Source: Pavona decussata (lineage: Eukaryota). From it: a DNA stretch of 64,000 nucleotides. A model generated the notes under the pieces. That model saw only the letters and a list, made by a program, of their open reading frames with translations. It was not told the DNA's origin and ran no database searches. The position numbers were made by a program, and so were the translations under genes. This document shows, one piece after another, positions 26,101 through 38,352 of this stretch (position 1 is its first letter; each line of letters begins with the position of its first letter). The DNA lies in assembly GCA_977016875.1 (NCBI GenBank), contig CDRNST010000233.1:5146001-5210000 (forward strand). Direction: 5' to 3'.

Positions 26101-29100
26101 TGCCCACCTTCCTCAACCGCTTGCGATGGTGCGATGCTAACAAAGCTTAATCCTTACCAGATCGCTTGTAGATATACTCTTTCACTTATTTGACTTTGGA
26201 TATGTGTATTCTTTGTCTTAGGTGGGCAGAGCTTCGTTGCAATACAAATCAAGTGACCCTGGCCCTACAGACAGACGAAGGTCTCGTTTGTCAAGCGTCT
26301 GGGATTTACAGTCTTCCTTGAAAAGAGAATTTGGAATCGAAGACAATGTGGTTTACAGGTACAAGTTTAAGCAATTCTTAGCAACTGTCGTAGAAACAAA
26401 GCAGTTATCATTTTTTTTCCCAGGCACGCACAAATAGTTCCCTTTTGCCTTTAGGTGCAATAGGTTAGCTTGGGCGCAGACACGTAGTAGGCTAGTCAGG
26501 GTTAAAAAATATCAGAAAATCATTTCTCAAAGTAATGTGTTCTTTTGAAAAGTGGTGTCTGTCGTATTCTGTTACTCCAAGACTGGAAAAAGAGCAGTAA
26601 ACAGCCAGAGTACGAGTACCTCAGACATGCAACCTCAGCGCAGAGCTAAGTAGTGGCGTCAGCGATTCTGATTGGAGAAAGGATCTTCCAAAAAAAAAAA
26701 TGAACAATTTTTTTCACACAAATAGTTACATCGTTGATCGCAAACCAAAGCAAAACGTGTATTGAAGAGTTTAATCTACTAGGAAAAACTGCACTGCTCG
26801 GTTTTCTGAGTCGTACTTCCCCGGTTTTGTTTGTTTTTAGCGGCGTTGTTTTTGCGGGAAGGAAGCCCAGGAAAGAAGCGAGACTAAGTGCACAGCTGGA
26901 GGCGGTAAGATTTATTTTATCGGTATAAATGTAATCTGTATTGTTGACTTCTCACCCTCCAAGACAAATAAAGTTAATCTTCGCTTTGCGACCACCTCCC
27001 GCAAGCTACTATCCCTCGGAAGTATAAAGCTGCTGGTTTGAACCTTTACCTCTGCAATATGACTGGACCTCGACAAGGGCGCAAATTGAACGATGCGAAA
27101 CTATGCACTGAGCTACGGTATTTTGAAAGGAGAAAAAGAAAGAGACTCTTAGCTGGCTAGAAGACAGAATAATAGTTAATTTGTGCATATCAGTCCACGG
27201 GCCTTATTAGGTAATCCATGAGGCAAACAGTATCTCCTCGGCCGGCAGTCATCAAGAAATGTTTGTGGTTGTATAATGTTGGAAATTTTAAGTATTTTTT
27301 TCAAATTCCAAACTGCTATCATACTGCATTTGGAGCTATGAAGTATTTTTTTCAAATTCCAAACTGCTATCATACTGCATTTGGAGCTATGAAAACATTT
27401 CTAGATGGATTACGTCTCTGAAATTACCATGAGCTCCTGAATCAACATTTAGATCCTCTCGGTGTTAAGTGACCACCAATAGGCTTTCAATTGTATTACT
27501 CTCTTTCTTCCTTATGTGCTTTTCACTTCCTTCTTGTTTGACTTCGTGTTAATTGATCGTAATTTTCTTTTTGCAAATGTTAGCTTGCAGAGGAGGAAAC
27601 TTCCAGACAAGTTGAAGAAGCAGATCATTTTGAAAAGCTTTTGTTAAGGCTGGAGGCAGAGTTCGCCTTGCGCGAGAGAGTCCATTACGTCGTTTTCGGT
27701 ATAATTTCAAACGCACAGGACGTTTTGGATTTAGAGGAGAGACTTAAAATCTCCAGAGAAGTTCCCAGTTACGTCCAAGGCATCTTGAACGCTGCTCAGA
27801 GAATTTTGTCAGGTAGAGGTGATGAAGGAACAACAACTCAAGTGAGAAAGTACATCGAACGCTTGATTGATAATGCAGTTTCCACGGTTGAAGACTCATG
27901 CGATGATCAAACTCGGCGAGCCGCAAAAGAGATAGTTACCAACGTTGTTACTCAAGCCAAGGAAAAGATGCAGCGCAGGGCATCACTCCATGACACTGCT
28001 AGAGAAATTGTAGCCAACGCCATTAACTCTGCTTCTCAAAAAGCGCTTTCATACGGCATACTCGTCGGTAATAAAGAGAAGGACGACATGGCTTTAGCTG
28101 CAAAAGATATCTCCGAAAACCTCTCTAAGTGCGCGAAGGATGTTGTTACTGTCGCTATTGTATCTTCACTTCGCCGTAGGAAGGACGATCGAGAGGTAGT
28201 TGCAGCGAGATGTCTAGCTATTGAAGCTGTGCAAGCAGCGAAAGCTTCGCTAGAAAGGTTGTATGGCGTGAAGTTTGAGGTCATCGAGAGTAAGGAAATG
28301 GAAAATCAGGAAACTTCGGAAAGTCTGGATAAATGCGCTAAAGATGTTGCAGCTGCAGCTATTATTTCAGCCACGCGGTCATTGGAAAGGGTGATTACAA
28401 AAGATAATGGCTACAGAATAGCAGCGCGATCTTTGGCGCTTAATGCTGTTGCAGCAGCAAAAGCCTCTCTTGAGAAGTTGCATGGTGTGGTAGTTGAGAT
28501 AGAAGACGAGGAAGCACATTCTCCCATTGATACCTCCAAGTGTCTGGTGAAATCTGCCAAAGATGTTGCCGAAGCCATCGTTTTCTCATCTGCTCGGATA
28601 CTTGAAACATCCACTGGAAAAGAAAAACTTATAAATAGGACAGCGCAATCGCTTGCAAGTGACGCCACTAAAGAAGCGATTGCTTCTCTGGAAAACCTCC
28701 TCGGCATGAAGATCGATTCTGAAGAGAAAAGTGAGAAAAATGTCAAGCAAATAGCCGCCGCTGCCATTATTTCAGCTGCTGGATCCTTCGAAAAAGATTT
28801 GGAAAGGCCTGAGGTTGATCTGACAGTAGCAGCCAGAGGATTAGCCAGCAGTGCAATAGATTCTGCAAAGACATCGATGGATTGGCTTTACACCAAAAAT
28901 GTTGTGGCAGAAACCAACCAAGACGCCCAAAAAATATTGGAGGGGGCTGCAAAACATATCGCACAGGTTGCAATTGATCAAGCTACACAATCCCTTGAGA
29001 GCGTTGCCATGAAGAGCGAATGGAATTTAGCATCAACAACACGAGAACTTATAAACAATGTACTAGCTTCTGCAAAGGCCTCCTTAGAGAGACTTTATGG

Positions 29101-32100
29101 GATTGAGATTGAACCTGAGGAACAGCTGACACCTTCTCAAGAAACTTCCACCATTTCTTCTTCTACAGGCTCCTTGGAAGATAGTTTGAGTCTTGAGGTA
29201 CTCGAGAAAGAGTTTAAAGTAGCAGCGCAAAACCTTTCCTTGCATGCTGTAAAATCGGTAAGCTTTTCACTAGAGCGATTGCATAGCATTGTGAACGAAA
29301 TGGAGGCTAATATCAAGGGCACCGCTTTGGAAATATCCAAAAGCCTTGTGAATTCTTCCAGAAACCTTTTGCAACAACTCGAAGAGGACGGACTCGGAAT
29401 TGCTTCTCGAGATCTCGCGTGTAATGCCATTGAAGCGGCAGCTAAGTCTATCTCGAAACTTTACGAGGACGAAATGTCACTGCAGAACATTGTTGGAAGC
29501 GACTCTCGCCTTTTGCACGCAGCAGCCAAAGTATCCACAATTTCCGCTCGAGTATCTTTAGGGGAGCTCTTTGATCGTGGCTTCATTGGTGGTTCGGAGC
29601 TCGAAGAAGCTACGGGCTATTTAGCGTCTCATGCACTGATCTCTGCTGAAACAATGCTAGACGAAGTGCAAAAGAGGAGCAGCACAGTCGATCTTGACTT
29701 AGAGGTTTGCAAAGCTGCCACAGAGCTCGCGTCACAGGCGATAGTGTCGGCCGAGGACTCTGTTGCACGCTTGGTGCAATCACACCAACCAAGCAAGAAT
29801 GAGCGTAGTTCTGACCATGGGACGCTGTTCTGGAAAGTTGCAACGTTCGTTGAAAGTCTTGTTAACGGAGCCTTGAGGCGTCTTCGAACTACAGGATTCA
29901 GCGACGACATAAGTGATGACCCTGAACAATATGAAGTCATAACACACGACCAGGCCCGCATAGCTGATGGGGAATACAGTCCAAATGAGGAAGATCTTTA
30001 TAAGCGAGAAATTCTTGCGTTGAAAGCTTCAAGAATAGTCAATGATTTGCTGGAAAACGCCATGGACGTTGTAAAAGCGCGAAGGGCAAACATTGCATTC
30101 CATCCCACAGGTGACGCCAGACCAGGCAATGCCAAATTCACTCGCCGAAGAAGCAGCTCCGTGCACTTCAATGAAGGATCAATTTCCCATTCTCGCAAGG
30201 CCAGTTATGTTCCTTGCGAAACTGACTTCCTGAGTGCTGTCAACAGGCCTCCTACACCTCGCTTCAGAAAAAGCCGTGCCGGGTCGGTTGTTTCTCAAGA
30301 AATTCAAGAGGTCGAGAAAGAACTGGTCATTCCATCGGATGGTGAATTATCAGTAACCAATGTCTTTATTCCGCGACGCTCTTCTGATCCTGGACCGGGT
30401 ACCAGCCCTGATCACGCCTCACATTCTAGCCCAGGGCGATCGGCGTCCGATTCTAAGATTAAAGTTGAAGATCCGAGCTCTCTTACCGAAAAAAGATCCC
30501 TTTACGATATTATAAAGAAACGCGAAGGGACAGCGAGCTGTGGTATTTCTCCTTGTGGGTCATATGTTGTCCTTCCGCATTTAAACCCATCGGAATGTTC
30601 ATTGATCGCCGCCCGAGTGGAGAGCTACGAAAGCTTGTGGAACCAAAAGAAAACAACTTCCTCAGTAACAAGCTTGCCTTCCTTGTCACCCAAGGGATCT
30701 TTTATCGGACGCGCAGTTGTTGAAGAACATTGTCAAGGTAAAGAACCACAGAATCGTTCAGTGCCGTCTTCGTCTCGCCTCCCAGAAATCTCTTGCTCTA
30801 AATCCAAAAACACCAAGGGATCGTTGAGTGCAAGTTCTCTGAAACAATTAGCTGAGCATCCAAGGCGGACTTCTTCGTTACCGTGGAAGAAAACATCTCC
30901 TAAACTAACCCCGAGGACGTCAAAGGAGTCTGTAAAGTTGCAATCTAAATCTTCTACAGAAAAAAGGCTTCATGGTCCCGTTGGCAAAGTAACAGCGTCA
31001 TCGCATACATCTTTACGTGCACGAGAGCAACCTCGTGTAAGATCTTCAAAAAGCATATCCGTGGCTTCTCCAAAAAATGCTGTTAAAGACGTACGTCTTT
31101 CGCAGAATGCCTTAGCCGCGAAGAAAATTCTTTCCCCAGAAAGCTCATTAACAAGAACGTCGTTGCCTTCAAAACCATCTCCAGCAAGCTCTATTCTATT
31201 TGGACGTCCCTCTACGGAGAAAGCGGTAACCACGTTGGCTACATCCGAGGATAAAACGGCAACCTCATCTCAAAGCTCGTTGAATAAGATAGCGTTGACT
31301 TCACGTGTATCAACTGAGAGGGTAAACGTGTCCTCGCGTGCTTCAAAAGTAAAGGTGACACCTTCACCACGTGTATCGAGAGAAAAAGTGGTCCTCTCCA
31401 CCAAGATGTCGATAGAAAAAGTCACACAGTCCTTAGGAGACTCTACCGAGAGGGCAGCATTGTCTTTGCGTGCCTCCAAAGGAAAGCTGGCGCCGTCTCA
31501 ACGTACATCTACCCAGAACGTAGCATTGTCTCCAAGTGTTTCTAAGGGAAAGGTCTCTCAGTCCCCTCGTGCCTCTACTGAGAATGCAGCATTGTCTCCA
31601 CATGTCTCCAAAGGAAACGTCACACAGTGTCCTCGCGGATCTACCGAAAAGGCAGCATTGTCACCAAGTGTTTCAAAGGGAAAAGTCACGCAATCTGCAA
31701 ACGTATCTAAGAGAAACATAACGAAATCTTCACGTGCTTCTACTGAGAATGTAGCATTGTCTCCAAGTGTCCACAAAGAAAACGCCACGCAGCCTCCACT
31801 TGTATCTAGTGAGACTGGTATTTCCAAGGCAAAACTCACGCAATCTCAACATTCTTCAACTGACAACGCTGCATTGTGTCAAAGTGCTTCTAAGGGAAAA
31901 GTACGGCAATCTCCTCGAGTGTCAATAGAGAAGATAGCAGTTTCTTCTCATTCTTCCAAAGAAAAGGCATCCGTATCTCCTCGTGCCTCAGCAGAAAAGA
32001 CCCCGGCGTCTTCTTCTCATTCGGCAGAAAAGGTGTCATTGAAAAAGAGTGCGTTAAATGGCAGTAAGACATCTCCGCTTAGTGTAGCAATGGAAAAGAC

Positions 32101-34456
32101 TCTATCATCTGAGGACGCAGCTGTAATCCTGCACAAATCATTAAAAATCGAGGATAAAACGGTGCCAATCCAGTCGGCAAACACCTTAGGATCAAAAGAA
32201 AGTGCAATGAAGACAACAGAACTGAGTGTGAAAACTCAAAAAGAATCAAGCCGTGCTGAGGAAACAGTGGAAAGCAGTTTGGCGTCTTCTACTTCAAAAC
32301 TCGAGAAAAGAGTTGACCACACCAAAACGTCATCTCAGGTTGAGAAAGTTGCTGAGAAGAGTTTTGCTTTGACGCAAGGCGCACCTCTAGGATCAAGCAC
32401 TTCTCAAACACAAGGGGTTGGCGCAGAGCTAGATCACTCCGGTGTGGAAAAAAGCGAAACTGGTGGGACCTCCAACGAGCTAAAAGAAGTTGAGAAAAAC
32501 ATGAATTTGGTGAACCCGAGTCTGGAAAGAATCATCCAGGACAAACGTTTGACTCCAGAGGGAGCCGAAGCGGAATCACGGCCAGCGTCTAGCGCTGACG
32601 TCTTAGCATTGAGAAAGTGCACTGGTCCACAGAGTCTTCAAAACATCATTCCCTTCCAGTCGGACACAAGTAAGAATGTGAAAGAAGGCGAGAATTTGGA
32701 AACGTCCCTGTCAAAATCTCTTTCCTCTGCAGATTTAAAAGCAGGAGGAAAGACAACTGAACAAGTATCCTCCGGAACTTCTCAAGAGATTACAGTGTCA
32801 AAGGCAAGTTATGGAGATGAATTTGTTGCTCCAAGAACGAAACCAGAAGGTGAGGACAGGAGCGAGGCGCAGAACCTTCCATTTGTTGTTGGGAGTGTTT
32901 CGTCAGAGAAAAGAGGAGAAAAGAAGGAATTAGTCAGGAAGATGTCTGATGCATCAACTCACCAAATTAAAGAAGTACTTGACACCAAGCAACAGCCCGT
33001 GAAGAAAGACAGATATGTTGACAAAGTCGAAAGCTACCCAGCTTACAGAAAGGTCAGCATTTCACGATCCGTCCACGACGTCGTCAATGACATTGTGCAG
33101 AAAATGTTGAACACAGCTGACGAGCCGAGTGCAGTCGAGTCTTCCCCTTCGCTAAGTCGGAGCTCACGCCAAAAAGTGAAACAGGGCAGCGAAACGAACT
33201 TCGATGCACCAAGAAGGTTCGGTCGAGAAAGAAGGCTTCCGGCCAACAAGGTGTCTAAGACTGTGGTAGAGACTGTGGATTTCATGCTTCAAACTGTTTC
33301 ATCTTCGGATGACAGGAAACCTCGTCACAGTTCAGGAAGAAGGTTTAGTGGATCAGATGTCCAAGCTGGTTATGGTGAGTAGCATTACAGGCTGTTGGTT
33401 TGGTTTTCTGTGCTGTTTTTGTCAGTTTTGGTATTATTGCTACTTTTCTAAAGATTCTTGTAACGAATTTTTGCTAGAATTGCTACCGAAATTTGTTGGC
33501 AAATTTTTGTTTTACCACAGCTTTCAATCCTGGACATATCGCAAAACTAGCAAAAATGGTCAAATAGATACTTTTTGCTGCTTAATTCATTTCCATTTGC
33601 TGCTTTGTAACAAGTAGCCTGCGCATGCGCACAGATCTCTCCTATTTCCTTTGTTTTTACCGAGGAAGCAAATGAAATGGGTTATGTCAGCAGTTGCCAG
33701 TCTTACGGATCATTTTCTGTGGTAACCCATCCTTCCCTATAACTTCCTTTTATATACATAAACAATGCATTCATACTGTGTCTTGAGTCTGAATCCAGAC
33801 CGGTAACTTAGATATGTTTCCCACGATGAAATTTTGTCGTTAAATCGAAGGATTTTAAAATAGAAACATTACTCGACGCCACGTGTCACACGTTGGTTTA
33901 GCAATTTTAATAAGAAAAGGCTTTTTATTGTGCTGTTAACCAATCAGGTTTGCCGCGGCTCTACCTGACCTACACAATATTGAATCCACCATTGCACCAG
34001 ATTAAAATGTTTTAATTTCTGACTTCAACAGAAGTTCCAAGAACAGCTTCTTCCATGGAGAGGTTTTGTAGGAGTACTCCATCCACTCAGAGCATCTCCT
34101 GTGTGTACGGAATGAACCCCTCTCCTCCCAACAAACTTCTATCTCCAAAGCGTTCCCGACTCAAAACCACTTCTTCCCGAGACTCTCTGGTTGTCCGTGC
34201 TACACAGTCCGATTCCAGTATAGTCAGTTTATCCAGCAACAAAGCCGCTGACCTCAAACCTAAAATCTCCGGCGCATGGCTTGATGAAGTCACCGTTGGC
34301 GGAGGGGATGCCTCTGTTAGGTCCCAGTCTCCCAAGAGGCCGTCCTCGAGCCCAACTCCTTCGCTGCACAAACGCTCCTCTGGACGGCTTTCGATCCGGC
34401 ACTCTTTGGATAGAGTTTCCATGGAAACAGATATTGTGGGAAAGGTTACATCATGA
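20171..34456 (+). CDS. Fibrous sheath-interacting protein 2-like (FSIP2 N-terminal domain plus coiled coil plus giant repeat exon), ~2517 aa
   Basis: Exons 20171-20344, 20907-21045, 22083-22489, 23167-23277, 24496-24643, 25648-25805, 26222-26358, 26841-26904, 27584-33374, 34032-34456. All GT-AG and phase-consistent (7554 nt). The N-terminal motifs KFPLIPGS..ITFCTT..QKL, FDLTDPY, YNVLHDPHLKEYF and GFIT..G.VKCTLLEFNMFRQWIRKLKLD parallel the FSIP2 N-terminus as I recall it (LPVIPGS, FNLTDPY, SLHDPHL, VCTLRELNKYRQYL). AATAAA at ~34724. Orthology beyond the N-terminal domain is not established. Confidence 0.85.
21365..21603 (-). mobile_element. tRNA-derived SINE
   Basis: The minus strand begins gggacagtgcagtggt...ggttcaattccc (A/B boxes). 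It continues into a body with the ctccggttttt...ccctctcctc motif typical of V/Nin-type SINE central domains. Confidence 0.7.
23424..23797. mobile_element. Palindromic interspersed element (AATAGGGAGC termini)
   Basis: aatagggagcttaagcaaagacgacggctacggcagcgaaaacgtca ... tgacgttctcgttgccgtcgccgtcgtcgttgctaaagctccctatt; ~45-bp imperfect TIRs. Confidence 0.8.
27290..27391. repeat. Perfect 51-bp tandem duplication
   Basis: The unit aagtatt...caaattccaaactgctatcatactgcatttggagctatg occurs twice back to back (27290-27340, 27341-27391), in an intron. Confidence 0.9.
31330..32040 (+). repeat. Coding minisatellite, ~33-nt / 11-aa period (S-P-R-x-S-T-E-K/N alternating with S-P-S-V-S-K-G-K)
   Basis: Protein stretch ...ALSPSVSKGKVSQSPRASTENAALSPHVSKGNVTQCPRGSTEKAALSPSVSKGKVTQS...; DNA motif gcattgtctccaagtg recurs. 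Confidence 0.8.
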
Positions 34457-35923
34457 CTTTTGCTTGAATGTTTTCATTAATTAATTTTATTTGTCCTCGA
34501 AGGGCAATCTTCTCCGACATGATGCAATTCATTACATAATAACTACCTGAATTTTCGATTTTTTTTTTGGCCTTTTTTCACAAATATAGTTTCCAATATT
34601 TCACTGTTTTCGTTGTTTATTCATGTTTTGTAATAACATAATAATAAGAGACGAATCCTCTGTTTTTATTTCTGAGATATCATTTTGTTTTTCAATTGAA
34701 ACCTGTCAGAATATTTTTCAGTTGAATAAAATTCATGCTTTACAGAAGACATGTCTCGCTCCATTTCTTCTTCTAAGAAAAAAATCATCTTCATTCAGTG
34801 CATTCCAACAGCCTCTCCCACGTCATACACTTTGGAAAGAAAGACGCAGTTCAGATTTGAGGGCCATCCCTGAATGGTTTATTGCAGTGAAATATGTTCG
34901 TATGGCCTTGATCGCCTCAGAAATTCGGATTTAGTCGGGAAGAAAATCTAAGGCCGGTTTTCTTCGAAAGAAAATTATCAGCTCAAAATTTCATAACACT
35001 CGAAGGGCAAATAACGGTATGTCCTTAAAAATGCGAAAAGGCCAGCTAGCATCTCTTCGTAAAACCAACAACAGCTAGTATTATAGAAGAGTCTCTCGAG
35101 CACTTATTCATTTATTGTGATATATCAAGAATTTCTGGTTTTCGATCGGCGATAGAGTGGTTAAAAGAGTATAGTTTTGGTGTCAATCATCTGAATACAC
35201 TTGACATAACATTTGCACTTATAAGTAAAGAAAACTATTATTTAATTAATCATATAATTATAGGTAAACATATGATTTATCAAAGTTGCTCCTTAAATAT
35301 AAAACCCACTTTAACGTTCCAATTATCAAATAAAGTTTCATAGCGGAACAAATAAGGATTTAGAAATCCAGAAGAAAAAATGACAAAAGCTGCTTCCTTT
35401 TATTGACAACCTCGTACAAAAATGTACAGTCTTCCACAGCCATGTACGGCAATTTTTGGCTATCCGTCGCTTTGTACAGGTAACTAAGTAGTTTTTCGGC
35501 TACCTACGCTAGTCAATTCGAAGGTTCAACATCCCCAGAAATTGACGCATTTGAAGAGTGGCTTGAAAGTGGCTTTTTTGGTCATATTTCCGCTTTTCTC
35601 GAGCTCACGTTTGACTAAATTGAAGATTTGTAGCCTAGAAGCATTTTCGGACTACATTAGTGTGACGTTTTGGGAGGGTTTAGGGTCGTTTGAAGGAAAG
35701 GAGGAGGAAACAAAGAGTCCCGAGAACTTTTTGCCGGCCTGTTAACATTTTGGCGCGCTTTTCGGATTTTTGTTTTGTTTTGTTTTTGCCAATGTAGGTT
35801 ATAATGGACCAATGTTGACAAAATATAGGTCCCCTTGGACCCATATTGGCCAATGTAAGTCACCGTGGACCCATATTGGGTTAGGATTTAGGGTTTAAAG
35901 TCAGGGTTAGGGTCAGGGTAAGT

Positions 35924-36050
35924 ACAACAACAACAACAACAACAATTTATTTACAAATTCTGATGATATAAGTTGCTTGTCCCGCAAATAGCTACAAAGC
36001 TAGTCGAGGGCGGGACAAGACGAGCACGAGAACATAATGGAAAACAAAAA
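35924..36050 (-). mobile_element. Short retroposed LINE 3'-end/SINE fragment with (TGT)n tail
   Basis: (caa)n run, stem-loop cttgtcccgc...gcgggacaag, and an apparent duplication taagta on both sides. It interrupts a degenerate ggttaggg tract. Confidence 0.55.
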
Positions 36051-37527
36051 TTAAGTAAGTGGTTAGGGTTAGGTTTTAGGGCTCACACACACGTAAAAAA
36101 TCGAACAGCGCTCAACGTTTTACGTTTACGCAAGCTTTTCACACATCTCTTCCTCTTTTATTTCTGTACTGAAACCAGCTAAATTATCGTCTGCAACAGG
36201 AAAAACTCGTTGCCTTCGCCTATAATACACAAATGAGCGAGCTTGCTTAAAGACATTTTTCCCAGCGCTATTTCAGCTATTTCTTGATAGAACTGAAGTT
36301 GTTTGCACTTATTTCTCCGTTCCAGTACGGGGTTGCCATTCTCCCCGATATCTTCTCTCTTTTCCGGCGTGGTGCACATCTGCATGTTTTACCTTTCTAT
36401 TTTTGTGTTGTGTCCATTCTGGGTTTTGTTATGTTTATCTTGTTTTTGTGTGATGAATAACGAGGAAAACTTTTAACTCTTCACACAAACATAAAAACGT
36501 CACATTAAAATCATCAACGAGAACTTGAGTACACAAAAATAAACCAACTTTTTTAAAAGGAAGCTGAACCTGCGAATGTGCACAACGCTCTTGGTGATTC
36601 CTGTAGAGATTTACAAATGAAGAGACCTGAGGCAGCCCATGGGCTGCACATTTCCAGCTTGTTTTATTATTTAGAAAACCATCCTGATGTTCTCTATATT
36701 ACTGAAGTGAAGATCGCAGCAACTCCACGCCATCCATGTACAGTTTCTGAACAGAGTCGGCAAACGTCGCAAATACATGTACTCCCGCCGCTAGGTTTAG
36801 TTTTGGTTGATGACACTTCGCTGAAAACAATTCAAATAACAAGATATAAGTGAAAAGATATAAGTGCTGCCGTTAAAAGTGGCGCACGTATCATCGGTAA
36901 TTCTAAAGCCGTGTTGGTGTTCATTCATTGCTTCCGGCGCACAATGTCATTTGCTTCTACTTTGTGCCCTTGCAACGTTGACGCTTCGCAAAATCTTCCC
37001 CAGTGCGTATACAAACTCACTCAACTTTAAACAACAAAAACAGGGTAACAAAAACTACTTATCGTGCTCTGATAGGTTCTACAAACATTATCCTAGGCTC
37101 TACAAACATTTCCTACATTTTCTAATATCCCAATAAAGCTCACTGTCATTCTTTGTTTACTTAAGGTGGGGCTCTACCTGAATTTGAGTGAAATTTGAAG
37201 AGGTTTTAAGAAGGGATGGAAGAAAGGAAATGATTTTTGGAACAGTAACAGACAGTTGATACCCATGCAAGAGCACCCCAGGTTGCTAGTCAGTGGACTA
37301 ACTTGGTATCCGTCTATTAATTATTAACTACAAATTCTAATTTTAAAACTTCACTAAATCTTAACATTTCTTATTTCTTTTAATTTTACCAATCCTTCAA
37401 GAAAAATTATTTCCTTCCAAATATACCTAAAAATCACCCAAAAATTCATAAAACACCCCAAATCATTGATTTGTGTCATGAATGGAGGGTTTTTGTATTG
37501 CTAGAAATGCAAACAAGATATTTACCG

Positions 37528-37716
37528 AAGTATTTTTGTGCGGTTTATGACTATGCGGGAAAAGCAGACCTTAGCAAGGCCTATTGGAACCCCAAAAGAA
37601 AATTGGGGGTAACCACGCATTTGTCAGAGATAATAGAGCAATAATATCCAAAATAAGCGCCAAAATATAAAGCAATGTATGGGATTTTTTCCTAAATTGA
37701 AGCTTAATTATCTCTA

Positions 37717-37748
<32 letters not shown>

Positions 37749-37812
37749 AGATACCAAAAGCATTTGCTAAGTTCTGCCTTCTCCGTAAAGTTTTAAACTG
37801 CGCAAAAATATT
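37528..37812. mobile_element. Palindromic MITE, family copy 1
   Basis: tatttttgtgcggtttatgact ... ttttaaactgcgcaaaaata, with internal inverted aaagaaaattgggggtaacca / tggttacccccaattttcttt. Homologous to 49980-50281. Confidence 0.7.
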
Positions 37813-38176
37813 CCTGTATTAGTATACATTCCCAGCAGCCAGCCTAATTTCTGTTTTTTGTTGGAATTCGTTAACAATGAACAATTGATGCGAACAAAAT
37901 AATCACACGATAATTCGGCGACAGTTTGCAAAGGAAGTTTGTGAATGGCAGGTATAACAAACGGAAGGACTCTTTAATAAGTTACAAATAAACGTTTTTT
38001 AACCATCCGAAAGCGGCTATCCGAACGTAGCGGCCCCTTTGGCTTGCTAAATCCCAAGGAAACGGCGGCCGTTACTTTCGGAATTTTCCGGCATTTAGGC
38101 TATTAAATGTCTGGTCTCTTTTTACTAGAACTGTTACACAATGACCTTGAAACTTGTGAACTGTCTTGGCAAGGAT

Positions 38177-38352
38177 ATATATGCATTATTGACCAAGCGT
38201 GAGGTCAAGATGGCTGGATATTGGCCAAGTTCTTTTTTTGACTCTTTATGGACCGAGACGAATTCGAAGTCCATAAAAACGCAAAAAAAGAACGAGGCTG
38301 ATATCCAGCTATCTTGACCACACAAGCTTGGTCAATAAAGGATTTATTATAT
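38177..38352. mobile_element. Palindromic interspersed repeat
   Basis: ttattgaccaagcgtgaggtcaagatggctggata ... tatccagctatcttgaccacacaagcttggtcaataa. Confidence 0.7.

Noticed and set aside
28036-33285. Many short minus-strand ORFs antisense to the giant exon
   Set aside because: These are shadow ORFs expected opposite a long coding frame, with no independent signals.
27641-33382. Stand-alone intronless 1913-aa gene or transposon ORF
   Set aside because: It begins at a TTG, is bounded by an acceptor (27583) and a donor (33375), and is phase-compatible with flanking exons. No transposase or RT motifs are present.
35878-36080. Interstitial telomere
   Set aside because: Only a few degenerate TTAGGG-like units are present, more consistent with an interspersed-repeat motif.
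36179-36853. Small gene in the 34.5-40 kb intergenic region
   Set aside because: The ORFs are short, with no recognisable motif and no consistent splice chain; possibly decayed TE sequence.
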